NCBI GenBank assembly: GCA_963787255.1 | Contig: CAWBCJ010000029.1 | Coordinates: 512,001 to 576,000, forward strand | Source of the DNA: Methanobacteriota archaeon | Lineage (GTDB): Archaea > Methanobacteriota > Methanobacteria > Methanobacteriales > Methanobacteriaceae | Length of the DNA: 64,000 nt | Reading direction: 5' to 3' | Shown: one piece after another, positions 10,819 to 21,356 of the stretch | Position numbering within the stretch: the stretch's first letter is position 1 | Layout of the letters: the number at the start of each line of letters is the position of its first letter | Program-made: the position numbers and the translations under genes | Notes under the pieces: generated by a model | What the model was told of the DNA's origin: nothing | Database searches by the model: none | The model's input: the letters and a program-made list of their open reading frames with translations, nothing else

Positions 10819-11169
10819 ATGGCAGTAGTAATTAATTGGACTGCAATAATCGTTGGTGCTATTATAGCAATATTACTTGCATTTATTTTCGGATTATTCT
10901 CCCCTATCTATGGTCCAATGATAGCAGTAATAATTGCAGGTCTAGTAGTTGGATACATGGTTGGCAACGACATAATGAATGGAACTGTTCATGGCGCAAT
11001 AGCAGGCCTTTTAGGTGGAATAATAGCACTAATACTAGGATTGTTAATAGGTACTTCTTTTGGTTTAGCAGGAACTGTACTTGGTGCGGCCTTAATAATC
11101 GCATGGATAGTTGATATTATCTTAGGGGCAATCGGCGGCGCAATCGGCTCTTTGATAACTGGAAGATAA
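10819..11169 (+). CDS. DUF5518-like Gly-rich membrane protein, paralog 1
   Basis: INW.AI..G, HGAIAG..GG and GAIGGAIG motifs; GGAGGTG RBS before ATG 10819. Confidence 0.7.
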   Translation: MAVVINWTAIIVGAIIAILLAFIFGLFSPIYGPMIAVIIAGLVVGYMVGNDIMNGTVHGAIAGLLGGIIALILGLLIGTSFGLAGTVLGAALIIAWIVDIILGAIGGAIGSLITGR

Positions 11170-11286
11170 GATTTAATTACACTTTTTCTTATTTTATTTT
11201 TTAATAGTACTTATTTTAAATAATTAAATCAAAATCATTTTTTATATAGATATAAACCAGAGTAAACTATATTTAATTAGAAGTAA

Positions 11287-11652
11287 GTGAATATCATGAT
11301 TAACTGGAAGGCAGTACTCATTGGATTAATTATAACTATAATACTGGCACTGATCTTAAATCCATTAATAGGTGAAATTGGCTCTTACATCAGCATTATA
11401 GCTGCAGGAATAACTGTTGGATATTTTGTTGGCGGAAATTTAGCCAATGGGGCAATTCATGGAGCTTTAATCGGCATTATTGGTGGCATTGCAGCAATTA
11501 TTATTTTACTCCTTGTTGGTGGGCTTTTAGTAATAAAAGTAGAAATATTTAGCATATTAGTTAGGTCAGTTGCGGATATAGTTTTAGGTGCCATTGGGGG
11601 AGCTATAGGAGTCCTCATAAAAGGTCAAGCAGCAAAAGGAACAGTAGCTTAA
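11287..11652 (+). CDS. DUF5518-like membrane protein, paralog 2
   Basis: Same motifs as paralog 1. Confidence 0.7.
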   Translation: MNIMINWKAVLIGLIITIILALILNPLIGEIGSYISIIAAGITVGYFVGGNLANGAIHGALIGIIGGIAAIIILLLVGGLLVIKVEIFSILVRSVADIVLGAIGGAIGVLIKGQAAKGTVA

Positions 11653-11886
11653 CATTAATCATAAATACTGATTTCAACAATAAAACTAAAATTTTTCTTT
11701 TTAATTATATTCTCATTTTTTTACAGTATTTAACCGATTTTAGCTGATAAATTGGTTTTATTTTAACCTGATTTTACCCTTTAAATTATTAAATACTCTA
11801 TTCATCCCGTTGATTTTTTATAACTGAATAAGTATTTTAGGGACAAAAAATATAATCATATTGACTCAAGATTGAGGTGAAAAAAA

Positions 11887-12297
11887 ATGACAGACTGGAT
11901 ATCTATTGCAATAGGTGCAATTGTAAATGCAGTACTAACCATTGTTCTGGCCCTTGTGTTCTTCCCACTGTTTTTTTTAGGGCCGATAATAGGTGGTTTT
12001 GTAACAGTATATTTAATTAGGGACGAATTTGAAAGTGGTATAATCCACGGAGCGTTAGCTGGAGTTTTAGGTGGCCTTATAATTGGAATTCTATCTCTCT
12101 TTGGAGTTGGAGTGATAGCAGCCATAGTTGGTCTCTTACTGGCGGAATTAGGAATTGTACTGGGAGCCATAGGTGCATTTCTGGTAATATTCTTAACAAT
12201 CTTTGCAATGCTGATATGTGGTGTTCTTTCAGCTATCGGTGGAGCTATAGGAGAATATGTACAATCTGCAGGTAAAAGACAGTACGAAGATTACTAA
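11887..12297 (+). CDS. DUF5518-like membrane protein, paralog 3
   Basis: HGALAGVLGG and SAIGGAIG motifs; GAGGTG RBS. Confidence 0.7.
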   Translation: MTDWISIAIGAIVNAVLTIVLALVFFPLFFLGPIIGGFVTVYLIRDEFESGIIHGALAGVLGGLIIGILSLFGVGVIAAIVGLLLAELGIVLGAIGAFLVIFLTIFAMLICGVLSAIGGAIGEYVQSAGKRQYEDY

Positions 12298-12416
12298 AAA
12301 TTAATGTAAGATTTTATTCTTTTTTTTATTTTAAAAACAGGTGGAATAATTTCTTTTTATAATTAATCTGAAAAAAAATTGAAAAAATAGTTTATTCATG
12401 ATTTAGATTATTTTTT

Positions 12417-12824
12417 TTACAGTAGCTTAATAACTTCATTATCTGCATCAACTTCAATAATATCTCCATTCTTTAAAATATCCAATATAGGTGCTTCAGG
12501 ATGATGTACCATGGGTATACAAGCCATTATAGCACCTGTAGCAATAATAGGTTCGGCTTCAATCGATATAATTGCCTTAGGGGCAGTTTTACTTTTTGCC
12601 ATCTGAAATATAACATAGGAACCAACAGTAGATCCTTTACCCGAAGGAATTACCAGAATTTTATCACTTATTTTTTCACCGTATAGTTCATGCCCCTGAT
12701 CAATTACAACGCCAGTATGTGGATCTACTCCCCCAAGGAAGCTTAATGGATCCTTTGTAATTAATACTTCACCTTTGGCATGTCCTTTAGAGATTTTTCT
12801 GCATTTTATGGTTTCAGATTGCAT
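12417..12824 (-). CDS. Aconitase X swivel subunit (DUF126; phosphomevalonate dehydratase small subunit)
   Basis: [11 protein letters not shown] and GKGSTVGSY motifs. Confidence 0.85.
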   Translation of the reverse strand: MQSETIKCRKISKGHAKGEVLITKDPLSFLGGVDPHTGVVIDQGHELYGEKISDKILVIPSGKGSTVGSYVIFQMAKSKTAPKAIISIEAEPIIATGAIMACIPMVHHPEAPILDILKNGDIIEVDADNEVIKLL

Positions 12825-13001
12825 AAAATCACACTTTTATTTTGATAAAAAATTTTTATAATTAATCTGTAATACTTCAATTATTCTTTTAAATATATAA
12901 AATATCCAGTTAAATCAAAATGAATTTCAAAAAAAATTTAATTAAAGACACTAAAATTAATTAAAAAAATAAAAAACCTATTTTAGGCTTAAAAATCGAA
13001 T

Positions 13002-13898
13002 TTATTCGAGCTTGAGTTTTATAGCTCCCAATTTCGGCACTAAGAAATTATATACTACTGCCGCTATCGCTGTAATAATAAATCCCTCTAGGAAGGAGCC
13101 AATAACGTTTCCTACAAGCTGTCCAAGACCAAAAACTATATTTCCTGTTGCTATACTGCCTATTAATGATATAATTCCTTGAATTAGCCCTAATACTGTG
13201 AGAACTACTGCTACTGCAAGTGCAGCAGGCACTGCAGGCACTGATGTTAAATCAAACCATGCTCCATTTACTACATTGAAATTTAACTGGATTTTGGCCA
13301 CTCTGGTTGCAATGTAATTATATAATATTGCATATAAAGCATAGGAAATAAACACGACTATAAATGCTAAAATAGGCAGTCCTATAATCAGAATCAATGC
13401 TCCAATGAGTCCTAATGCACCTAAACTTCCAACTGGTAAGGCTGTTCCTAATGATGCTCCTGAAGCGTTTATAGCTCCTACTATGAGCGGTATAACTGAT
13501 GCTAGCATCAAACCTATAACAAAAGCCCATATAGCTGCAATAATGGACAATATAAGCGCTACGGACACAACAGGTATAAATTCTAAATTATTTTCATCCA
13601 TGGCAAGTTTAACACCGCCTATACGAGGGACCAGGTAGTTATATAGGAGAACGCTGATAAATCCGGTCATAACACTTAGTAAAAATGCTCCTATTGGATA
13701 AATGATTATTGCTGCTATTCCTAAACCTGTGAAGATAGCGGATAACTGTGCAAACTGTGATGGAAGGATTAATGTTGCAATCCCTAACACTAAAAGCAGT
13801 ATTATTGCCCCTATAAAAGCTAAAACTGCAGATACTGAAGATGTTAACAATGTAAATGGGACTATTTTAATATCCTTAATCTCTTTTAATTCAGCCAC
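13002..13898 (-). CDS. Multi-pass membrane protein with three internal DUF3566-like repeats
   Basis: GTG start at 13898 after GGAGGTG; three units ending YN.L/I...G/A.K/QL. Confidence 0.7.
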   Translation of the reverse strand: MAELKEIKDIKIVPFTLLTSSVSAVLAFIGAIILLLVLGIATLILPSQFAQLSAIFTGLGIAAIIIYPIGAFLLSVMTGFISVLLYNYLVPRIGGVKLAMDENNLEFIPVVSVALILSIIAAIWAFVIGLMLASVIPLIVGAINASGASLGTALPVGSLGALGLIGALILIIGLPILAFIVVFISYALYAILYNYIATRVAKIQLNFNVVNGAWFDLTSVPAVPAALAVAVVLTVLGLIQGIISLIGSIATGNIVFGLGQLVGNVIGSFLEGFIITAIAAVVYNFLVPKLGAIKLKLE

Positions 13899-14058
13899 TT
13901 TTTCACCTCCCGCGTATTTTTCATGCATTTTAAGTTTTGGATTCATTTAATATATTATTCATGATGAAACCTAATAATTAAATTATTCAATAAATTAAAA
14001 TTTAATTAAAATAGTATTTAGTCTAAAAATGCTTAATATTTACTAAAAAATAAAATAA

Positions 14059-14074
14059 AAACCCTTGAGGGTTT
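14059..14074 (-). terminator. Hairpin followed by a T-rich tract
   Basis: AAACCC-TCAA-GGGTTT directly after the stop at 14081. Confidence 0.45.
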
Positions 14075-14080
14075 AAAAAT

Positions 14081-14956
14081 TTATTCAAGTGCTAATTTTA
14101 CTGCTCCAATTCTCGGTGCTAAGAAGTTGTAAAGCCATGTTCCTATTGCAACTAATATGAAATAAATTATGAAACTGCCTACAATATTTCCTATTAGTCC
14201 ACCGATTCCACCAGTTCCGAAGTTTAGAATACCCTGGATTAATCCAAATATTGCCATGATTATAGCTAATGCAAGGGCCGCTGGTATAATTGGTATCGAT
14301 GTTAGGTCATTCCATGTTCCTGTAACTGCTGTGAAGTTTAGCTGGATTTTAGCTGCTCTTACAGCTATGTAATTGTAGAATATTGCAAATAATGCGTTGT
14401 AAATGAATCCGAATATGAACGCTAATATTGGTAGTCCAATGATCAGGAACAAATATAAAAATGCAGTTCCCGCTCCAAACATTGAGCCGTTAATAGTACT
14501 ATTTGTTGCATTGCCGATTAAAGGTAGTGCTGTACCGATTAGTCCTGTTATTGGTGCGATAGCTGTTGCTAATACTAATCCAATTATAAATGCCCATATT
14601 GCTCCAATGATTGATAGAATAAGTGCAAATGGTACAATAGGTATTTCTACAACATTATTTCCGTCCATAGCTAATTTTACACCACCAACTCTAGGAACTA
14701 ATAGGTTATAAAGCAGTACACTAAGGAATACTACAGAAAGGCCTACCAAGAATGTTAATATTGGATATGCAATTACTAAAGCCACGCCTAATCCTGCTAA
14801 TAAACCGCCAAGTGGTGCTGGAAGAAATGCTACTGCAATTCCAAGGAAAATAGCAGTTATTAATCCGATAATAAAAGTCAAGATTGCTGAAATTGAAGAT
14901 GACATCAATGTGAAAGGAACTATTTTTGCTGATTTTATCTCTACTACGTTTGCCAT
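14081..14956 (-). CDS. Paralog of 13002-13898 (three-repeat membrane protein)
   Basis: Shares KIVPFTL..SS.SA and LYN.LVPR.GGVKLAMD with its neighbour. Confidence 0.75.
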   Translation of the reverse strand: MANVVEIKSAKIVPFTLMSSSISAILTFIIGLITAIFLGIAVAFLPAPLGGLLAGLGVALVIAYPILTFLVGLSVVFLSVLLYNLLVPRVGGVKLAMDGNNVVEIPIVPFALILSIIGAIWAFIIGLVLATAIAPITGLIGTALPLIGNATNSTINGSMFGAGTAFLYLFLIIGLPILAFIFGFIYNALFAIFYNYIAVRAAKIQLNFTAVTGTWNDLTSIPIIPAALALAIIMAIFGLIQGILNFGTGGIGGLIGNIVGSFIIYFILVAIGTWLYNFLAPRIGAVKLALE

Positions 14957-15164
14957 TTTTTCACCTCCGTTTATAATTTATAATACGTAATACTATTTCT
15001 ATTTTTAGACATATAACTTTTTCTTATTGAATCGGAGTTTAAACATAATAATTAATTAATGCTATGAGTAGAGACTAGGTTAATAAGAAAATGAAATTTA
15101 AAAAATTAAATTAATTAAAAAAAATAGTTATTTATTTATTTAAACTTAAAAAGAAATAAATGAG

Positions 15165-16514
15165 TTAAAACCACTCTTTTGAAGCTCGAAGGACGTTATT
15201 TACTATTTGAACTGAAGATCCGATATATGTATGGGGATTCATAATTTCCATGATTTCATCTTCAGATAAGTATTCTCTAATTTCATTTCTTGATAAAACA
15301 ACGTCTAGAAGACCAATATTTTTCCGATTAGCCTCAATTGAGCATGTTCTAACAATTGCATATGCAGTTTGTCTTCCCATTCCTTTACGTGTAAGCTCGG
15401 CCATGAACCTTTCTGCCATTATAAGCCCATTTGTGATGTTTAAATCCTTTTCAATATTTTCGGGATAGAAAACCAGATTATTAAGCACTTTTAAAGTAAG
15501 GGTTATGATGTAATCAGTCAAGATACAGGTTTCAGGGAGAATAATCCGCTCACATGAGGAATTAGTAAGGTCTCTTTCATGCCACAGGGGATTGTTTTCA
15601 AGTGCAGGGACAACATAAGCACGTATGACCCTTGAAATACCGCTGATTCTTTCAGCAGTGATAGGATTCATTTTATGGGGCATTGTACTGCTTCCAACCT
15701 GTTTTTCAACGTCAAAACTTTCACCAATCTCTTTAATTTCGGTTCTCTGCAAGTTCCTGATTTCTATGGCAATCTTATCCAGCGTACTGGCAGTATTTGC
15801 AAGATCCATTACAAATTCTGCATGATTGTCTCTCTGCAAAACCTGATTGGATATCAGGACAGGTTTAAGGCCTAAAATTTCAGAAGTTCTCTTATGAACT
15901 TCTAACCCTTCTTCTCCAAGAGCTGCAATTGTCCCCACTGCGCCGGTAATCATTCCAACACATAACCTTTCTTCGCACTGATCAAGCCTTTCAATTTGCC
16001 TGTGAACTTCATCAGCCCATAAAGCAAACTTCATTCCATAAGTGGTTGGAAGTGCATGCTGTCCGTGGGTTCTTCCAATACAAACAGTGTTTATATGTTC
16101 TTCTGCGAGTTTTAAAAGTATTTTTGCCAGTTCTGTAAGTCTTCCTCTTAAAATGTTAATAGAATCTTTAAAAAGCAGAGATTGGGATGTATCAATAATA
16201 TCATTGGAAGTAGCCCCAAAATGGACATATTCTCCTGCATCGTTTTCACAAACTTCTGCAAGAGCCTTTACAATTGAAGCAATGTCATGATTGGTTTGTC
16301 TTTCAATTTCGGCCACTCTTTCAACTGTAACATATTTTGTGCTTGCCTTGCTGCTTATTTCTTCTGCAGCTTCTTTTGGAATTAGATCCACAGATGCTTC
16401 TGCTTTTGCAAGGGCAGCTTCAACTTCAAGCATTTTTTGAAGTTTGTTTTCAGATTCCCAAACATTACGCATCTCTTCTGTACCGTACCTGAATTCAATT
16501 GGGTGAATTGCCAT
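15165..16514 (-). CDS. purB: Adenylosuccinate lyase
   Basis: HFGATSND, GRTHGQHA and GSSTMPHKMNP motifs. Confidence 0.97.
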   Translation of the reverse strand: MAIHPIEFRYGTEEMRNVWESENKLQKMLEVEAALAKAEASVDLIPKEAAEEISSKASTKYVTVERVAEIERQTNHDIASIVKALAEVCENDAGEYVHFGATSNDIIDTSQSLLFKDSINILRGRLTELAKILLKLAEEHINTVCIGRTHGQHALPTTYGMKFALWADEVHRQIERLDQCEERLCVGMITGAVGTIAALGEEGLEVHKRTSEILGLKPVLISNQVLQRDNHAEFVMDLANTASTLDKIAIEIRNLQRTEIKEIGESFDVEKQVGSSTMPHKMNPITAERISGISRVIRAYVVPALENNPLWHERDLTNSSCERIILPETCILTDYIITLTLKVLNNLVFYPENIEKDLNITNGLIMAERFMAELTRKGMGRQTAYAIVRTCSIEANRKNIGLLDVVLSRNEIREYLSEDEIMEIMNPHTYIGSSVQIVNNVLRASKEWF

Positions 16515-16694
16515 GTTAATCTCCTTATCTTTAAAAAAGTTCGTTCACGTCTGTGTAAATTATTATATTTGAGTTTAAATTTATGTAATTGATTATAAAT
16601 TCAACAATTTATGGTTAAATTAACCATAGCTTCGCTTTAACATTATCTATATTTTTTAAATATTTTAGTAAGAAAAGAAAAAGTTTATCAGCGC

Positions 16695-16853
16695 TTATTG
16701 GGTAAAGCGCAGGGCTATACAAATCACTGCAAGAATTACAGTCATTATTACCACCTGTTCAGGTGATAATTTAGGTCCTCTTGTTTCTTCTTCAAAATAC
16801 CTTACAAGACCTGCTCCACTTGGTGGAAGGGATTTTTTATCTTTTTTTGCCAT
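16695..16853 (-). CDS. secG: Preprotein translocase Sec61beta/SecG subunit
   Basis: Manual translation MAKKDKKSLPPSGAGLVRYFEEETRGPKLSPEQVV plus one TM helix; GGTGA RBS. Confidence 0.92.
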   Translation of the reverse strand: MAKKDKKSLPPSGAGLVRYFEEETRGPKLSPEQVVIMTVILAVICIALRFTQ

Positions 16854-17029
16854 CATTAATCACCATTAATTAGTTAATTTTATAAAATTAATTTCAATTC
16901 TATCTGGATTAAATATATTGTTTTAGTTTAATTTAAATGTTATATTTAATATTTTATTTTTTAAAATCAATGAGAATTCCACTTTATTAAAATAAAAGAA
17001 AAAAAAATTATCATTTTAATCTAGCATTT

Positions 17030-17310
17030 ATGTTAATCCTGAAGACAGGTATTTACAAGTTGATGTTATCATGTTATACTCTTTACTAGTCCAGTGGGCA
17101 ATAATTCCTTGCTCTTATCCTACTTCCAGTGTTATGGTGTTTATTCCGTAGTTGTGTTCCTGTATTCGAATCATTCCTGGCTTCCATTCCTGGACTATTG
17201 TCGATTCATGTTTTTATTTTTCAAGTATTTCATTTGATAAGTCCGTTCTGGCGATGTTATTGTGTATTTTTCCATTATGGGCAACATCTGCATTTTGAGC
17301 ACTAATATTC
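17030..17310 (-). pseudogene. Degraded gene fragment, family uncertain
   Basis: Coding-like frame (NNIARTDLSNEILEK*...GINTITLEVG*...) with in-frame stops, inside an otherwise AT-rich spacer. Confidence 0.3.
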
Positions 17311-17697
17311 CTTAAACAACCTTTATTATTAATTACAGTCCTAATTAATGGAGTATAGCTTAAGTCTCAATTAGTGGCTTAAATAAATATTTGGAGTATA
17401 AATTGCTACTATTTGAATTATAAAATCATATTATGCATTTAAATCATTATTAGATTAGTTTAATGCTTTTAATATGATGTATAACGATCTCTCTTTATAA
17501 GTAGTTTTACACAATTTAGGAATACATAAATGCCCCATCGTAAAGTTTATTATCTGTACCTGCCCATATTAAGAATCAGGATCGGATATTTGCTTTTTAA
17601 TGTTTAACGAACTTGATCATCAACATTTAAATACTAATGCAAAATAATGCGAATAATTTTCATTTAGAATAGGTTTTTAGCAGGATAAGGGAATAAT

Positions 17698-20600
17698 ATG
17701 GGGTATTTCGAAACTTTAGAAGAGGAAACAGAAAAAGTATATACTGCAGCCAGAAAAGCAAGGCTTAAAGGGTATGATATTGAGTTAGAGCCAGAAATAC
17801 CACTTGCAAAGGATTTAGCAGAGAGAGTAGAAGGATTGGTCGGACCTAAGGATGTTGCAAAAAGAATAAAAGAACTTGAAGACGAATATTCAAGAGAAGA
17901 AGTTGCATTTCAAATTGCAAGAGAAATTGTAACTACTCCAGACATAGAAGGTGAAAAAGACAGCATCGAAGTTAGAGAAGACAAATCTGACCAAGCTTTA
18001 AGGACAGCACTGGCGATTTTAACTGAAGGAGTGGTTGCAGCACCTCTTGAAGGAATTGCAAAGGTTAAAATTAAACAGAACTTCGATAAAAGCTGGTATT
18101 TTGCAGTTTACTTTGCAGGCCCTATAAGAAGTGCAGGGGGAACTGCAGCAGCTCTGGCAGTATTAATTGGAGATTATATAAGGCTTTCCATTGATCTTGA
18201 GGTTTACAAGCCCACAGAAAGGGAAATTGAAAGATATGTAGAGGAAGTGGAGCTCTATGAATCAGAGGTAACTAACCTTCAATATTCACCAACACCTGAA
18301 GAAGTAAGACTTGCTGTAAAAAGCATTCCTGTAGAAGTAACAGGAGAGCCTACAGATAAAATAGAAGTTTCACATCGTGATCTAGAGCGTGTTGAAACCA
18401 ATAATATCCGGGGAGGAGCTCTTCTTGCTATAGCTGAAGGAATTATACAGAAAGCTCCAAAAGTCTTAAAATATGCTAATAAACTAAAAATAGGCGGATG
18501 GGAATGGCTTGAAGAGTTTTCAAAGGGTAGCAGTAGTTCAGATGATGATGAAGGAGATAAGGCCAAAGTAGATGATAAATACATGCGAGATATCATCGGT
18601 GGAAGGCCAGTTTTATCCTATCCTCAAGCAAAAGGAGGATTCAGGTTAAGGTATGGAAGATCAAGAAATTCAGGACTTGCTGCAATGGGAATAAGTCCTC
18701 TAACTATGGAAATCGTGGAGTTCCTGGCTGTGGGCACCCAGATGAAAATTGAAAGGCCCGGTAAGGGCATGTGCGTTGTTCCATGTGACAGTATAGAAGG
18801 TCCCATTGTTAAATTAAGGAATGGAAGTATTATTAAAGTTGAATCAATAGATCAGGCTAAACGAATTAGAAAAGATGTAATTGAAATCTTGTTTTTAGGA
18901 GATATACTGGTAGCATTTGGGGAGTTTTTAAGAAATAACCAATTTTTACTGCCATCAGCTTGGTGTGAGGAATGGTGGCAAAAGAAAATAGAAAACTCCG
19001 AAGAATATATTAAAGACGAAAATATTCTTGATTTTGGCTCACTTAAAGAGTTAGGTGCAAAGGAAGCATTTAAAATCTCAAATAAGTATAATGTTCCTTT
19101 ACATCCGGATTACACTTATTTCTATCATGATGTTTCGATTGAAGATTTAAACGAGCTTAGAAGGTGGATTCATAAGTATTATGATGATGTAGATGGGGAT
19201 AAGGATTTAGTATTAGATATGGCACCTCCAAAAAGGATTTTAGAAATTTTGGGAGTTCCTCATGAAGTAAAAGATGGTAAAAGTGTAATTAAAGTTGATC
19301 ATGTTTTTACACTCATTAATACGCTTGCAGGGCCTCTTGATGCTTCAAATGACCACACCACTTTAAAAGCATTAAATGAAATTTCTCCAGTGCAAATAAT
19401 GGCAAAAGCACCCACCTATATCGGTGCAAGAGTTGGAAGACCTGAAAAAACAAAAGAAAGAAAAATGAAACCAGCACCTCATGCTTTGTTCCCTATAGGT
19501 ACAAATGGTGGAAATCGGCGTAATATCGTTGACGCTGCTAAAAAAGGGAATATTTACGTTGAAATTTCGAGATGTAAATGTACTGAATGCGGAATAGCAT
19601 CATTCCAGGCTAAATGCCCTATTTGCGGGGGAAGAGCAGTTCCAACCGGTGCGGGAAAGAAAAAAATTAATCTGGCTACTTTATTAAAAAAATCCTTTGA
19701 AAATGTGGGTATTCGTAAACTGGATGAAATAAAAGGGGTTATTGGGATGATATCCGAGGAAAAATTCCCCGAACCCCTTGAAAAAGGAATATTAAGGTCC
19801 AAAAATGATGTTTTTGCCTTTAAAGATGCTACAATAAGACATGATTCTACTGATCTGCCTATTACCCATTTTATACCTCGTGAAATTGGAGTAAGTCCCC
19901 TAAAATTAGTTGAGATGGGATATACTCAAGATATCAATGGTGAAAAAATCGAAAATGATACTCAGATCATTGAAATTAAAATTCAGGACATAGTAATCTC
20001 AGAAAACTGTGCAGAATATCTAATACGTGTTTCCAAATTTATAGATGATCTTCTTGAAAATTTCTATCATGAAGAGAAATTTTACAATATAAAAGAGAAA
20101 GAAGACATTGTAGGTCATTTAGTAGTAGGATTAGCCCCTCACACATCTGCAGGGGTTTTAGGAAGAATTGTTGGATTTACAAGTGCTTCTGCATGTTACG
20201 CGCATCCATATTTCCATTCTGCCAAAAGAAGGAACTGTGACAGTGATGAGGATTCGGTTATGTTGCTTTTAGACTCTCTTTTGAATTTTTCAAAAATATA
20301 TCTTCCAAGTTCAAGAGGGGGAAGAATGGATGCACCTTTGGTTTTGTCTTCACGGATAGATCCAGAGGAAATTGATGATGAATCACATAATATTGACACC
20401 ATGACAACACTTCCACTTGAATTTTACGAAAAAACTCTTGAATTCGCTAAACCCTCTGAGGTTCTTGACATGATAGACAACGTTAAGAAGAGATTAGGTA
20501 CAGAAGACCAATATCAAGGACTTATGTTTTCTCATGAAACTTCAAGTATCCATTCTGGGCCGAAACTGTGCCTTTACAAGATGCTTCCTACGATGAGGGA

Positions 20601-20985
20601 AAAAGTAGAAGGACAGGTTAAATTGGCCGAGAAAATAAGGGCGGTTGATCAAAAAGGTGTTGTGGAAGGTGTTTTACAATCCCATTTTCTGCCGGACATG
20701 GCCGGAAATTCGAGAGCATTTTCACGACAGAAAGTAAGATGTACAAAGTGTAATAAAAAGTATAGAAGGATTCCGCTAACTGGAGAATGTACATGTGGAG
20801 GAAATTTAATACTCAGCATTTCTAAGGGGTCAGTGGTTAAGTATCTGGAAATTTCAAAGGAACTTGCCCAAAAATATCCAATTGATAATTACATTGTTCA
20901 GAGAATTGAACTTATAGAGTCGAGCATAAATTCATTGTTTGAAAGCGACAAATCCAAACAAAGTTCACTGGATGTATTTTTGTAG
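17698..20985 (+). CDS. polC: DNA polymerase D large subunit DP2
   Basis: GPIRSAGGTA, FRLRYGRSR, catalytic KRRNCDSDED and C-terminal Zn fingers; no intein. Confidence 0.97.
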   Translation: MGYFETLEEETEKVYTAARKARLKGYDIELEPEIPLAKDLAERVEGLVGPKDVAKRIKELEDEYSREEVAFQIAREIVTTPDIEGEKDSIEVREDKSDQALRTALAILTEGVVAAPLEGIAKVKIKQNFDKSWYFAVYFAGPIRSAGGTAAALAVLIGDYIRLSIDLEVYKPTEREIERYVEEVELYESEVTNLQYSPTPEEVRLAVKSIPVEVTGEPTDKIEVSHRDLERVETNNIRGGALLAIAEGIIQKAPKVLKYANKLKIGGWEWLEEFSKGSSSSDDDEGDKAKVDDKYMRDIIGGRPVLSYPQAKGGFRLRYGRSRNSGLAAMGISPLTMEIVEFLAVGTQMKIERPGKGMCVVPCDSIEGPIVKLRNGSIIKVESIDQAKRIRKDVIEILFLGDILVAFGEFLRNNQFLLPSAWCEEWWQKKIENSEEYIKDENILDFGSLKELGAKEAFKISNKYNVPLHPDYTYFYHDVSIEDLNELRRWIHKYYDDVDGDKDLVLDMAPPKRILEILGVPHEVKDGKSVIKVDHVFTLINTLAGPLDASNDHTTLKALNEISPVQIMAKAPTYIGARVGRPEKTKERKMKPAPHALFPIGTNGGNRRNIVDAAKKGNIYVEISRCKCTECGIASFQAKCPICGGRAVPTGAGKKKINLATLLKKSFENVGIRKLDEIKGVIGMISEEKFPEPLEKGILRSKNDVFAFKDATIRHDSTDLPITHFIPREIGVSPLKLVEMGYTQDINGEKIENDTQIIEIKIQDIVISENCAEYLIRVSKFIDDLLENFYHEEKFYNIKEKEDIVGHLVVGLAPHTSAGVLGRIVGFTSASACYAHPYFHSAKRRNCDSDEDSVMLLLDSLLNFSKIYLPSSRGGRMDAPLVLSSRIDPEEIDDESHNIDTMTTLPLEFYEKTLEFAKPSEVLDMIDNVKKRLGTEDQYQGLMFSHETSSIHSGPKLCLYKMLPTMREKVEGQVKLAEKIRAVDQKGVVEGVLQSHFLPDMAGNSRAFSRQKVRCTKCNKKYRRIPLTGECTCGGNLILSISKGSVVKYLEISKELAQKYPIDNYIVQRIELIESSINSLFESDKSKQSSLDVFL

Positions 20986-21356
20986 TAAAGAATGTGATGC
21001 TTTATAACATATAGTAAACTTTTAATTTCATAATTAACATAATATATTTAATACTAAAATTACATTAAGTATTATGTAAATGTAATGGATATTTCGTTAA
21101 TTTGAGAAGAAGTATGGTATATAAAAATAAAAAAATGCATATTTTACACAATGCATCATTTATTTAAACTCAAATGCTTCTACAATAGTATAACGAAATT
21201 AATAAGGAGATTTTAATCTTCATAACTACGTAAATGAAATTAAAATTAGGAAATATATTTCAATGAAGAAGTTACACTATATTATAGAAATTATATTTTG
21301 AAAATGGAAATAATATTAGTTAATAATTATATTTGTAAATATTCGGGGGATTGTAA

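Noticed and set aside
16860-17697. Replication origin upstream of polC
   Set aside because: AT-rich, but no repeated ORB/mini-ORB elements are visible and no cdc6 gene is nearby.
21271-21290. NrdR box before nrdD
   Set aside because: Only a half match (ACACTATAT) in very AT-rich DNA, with no second box.
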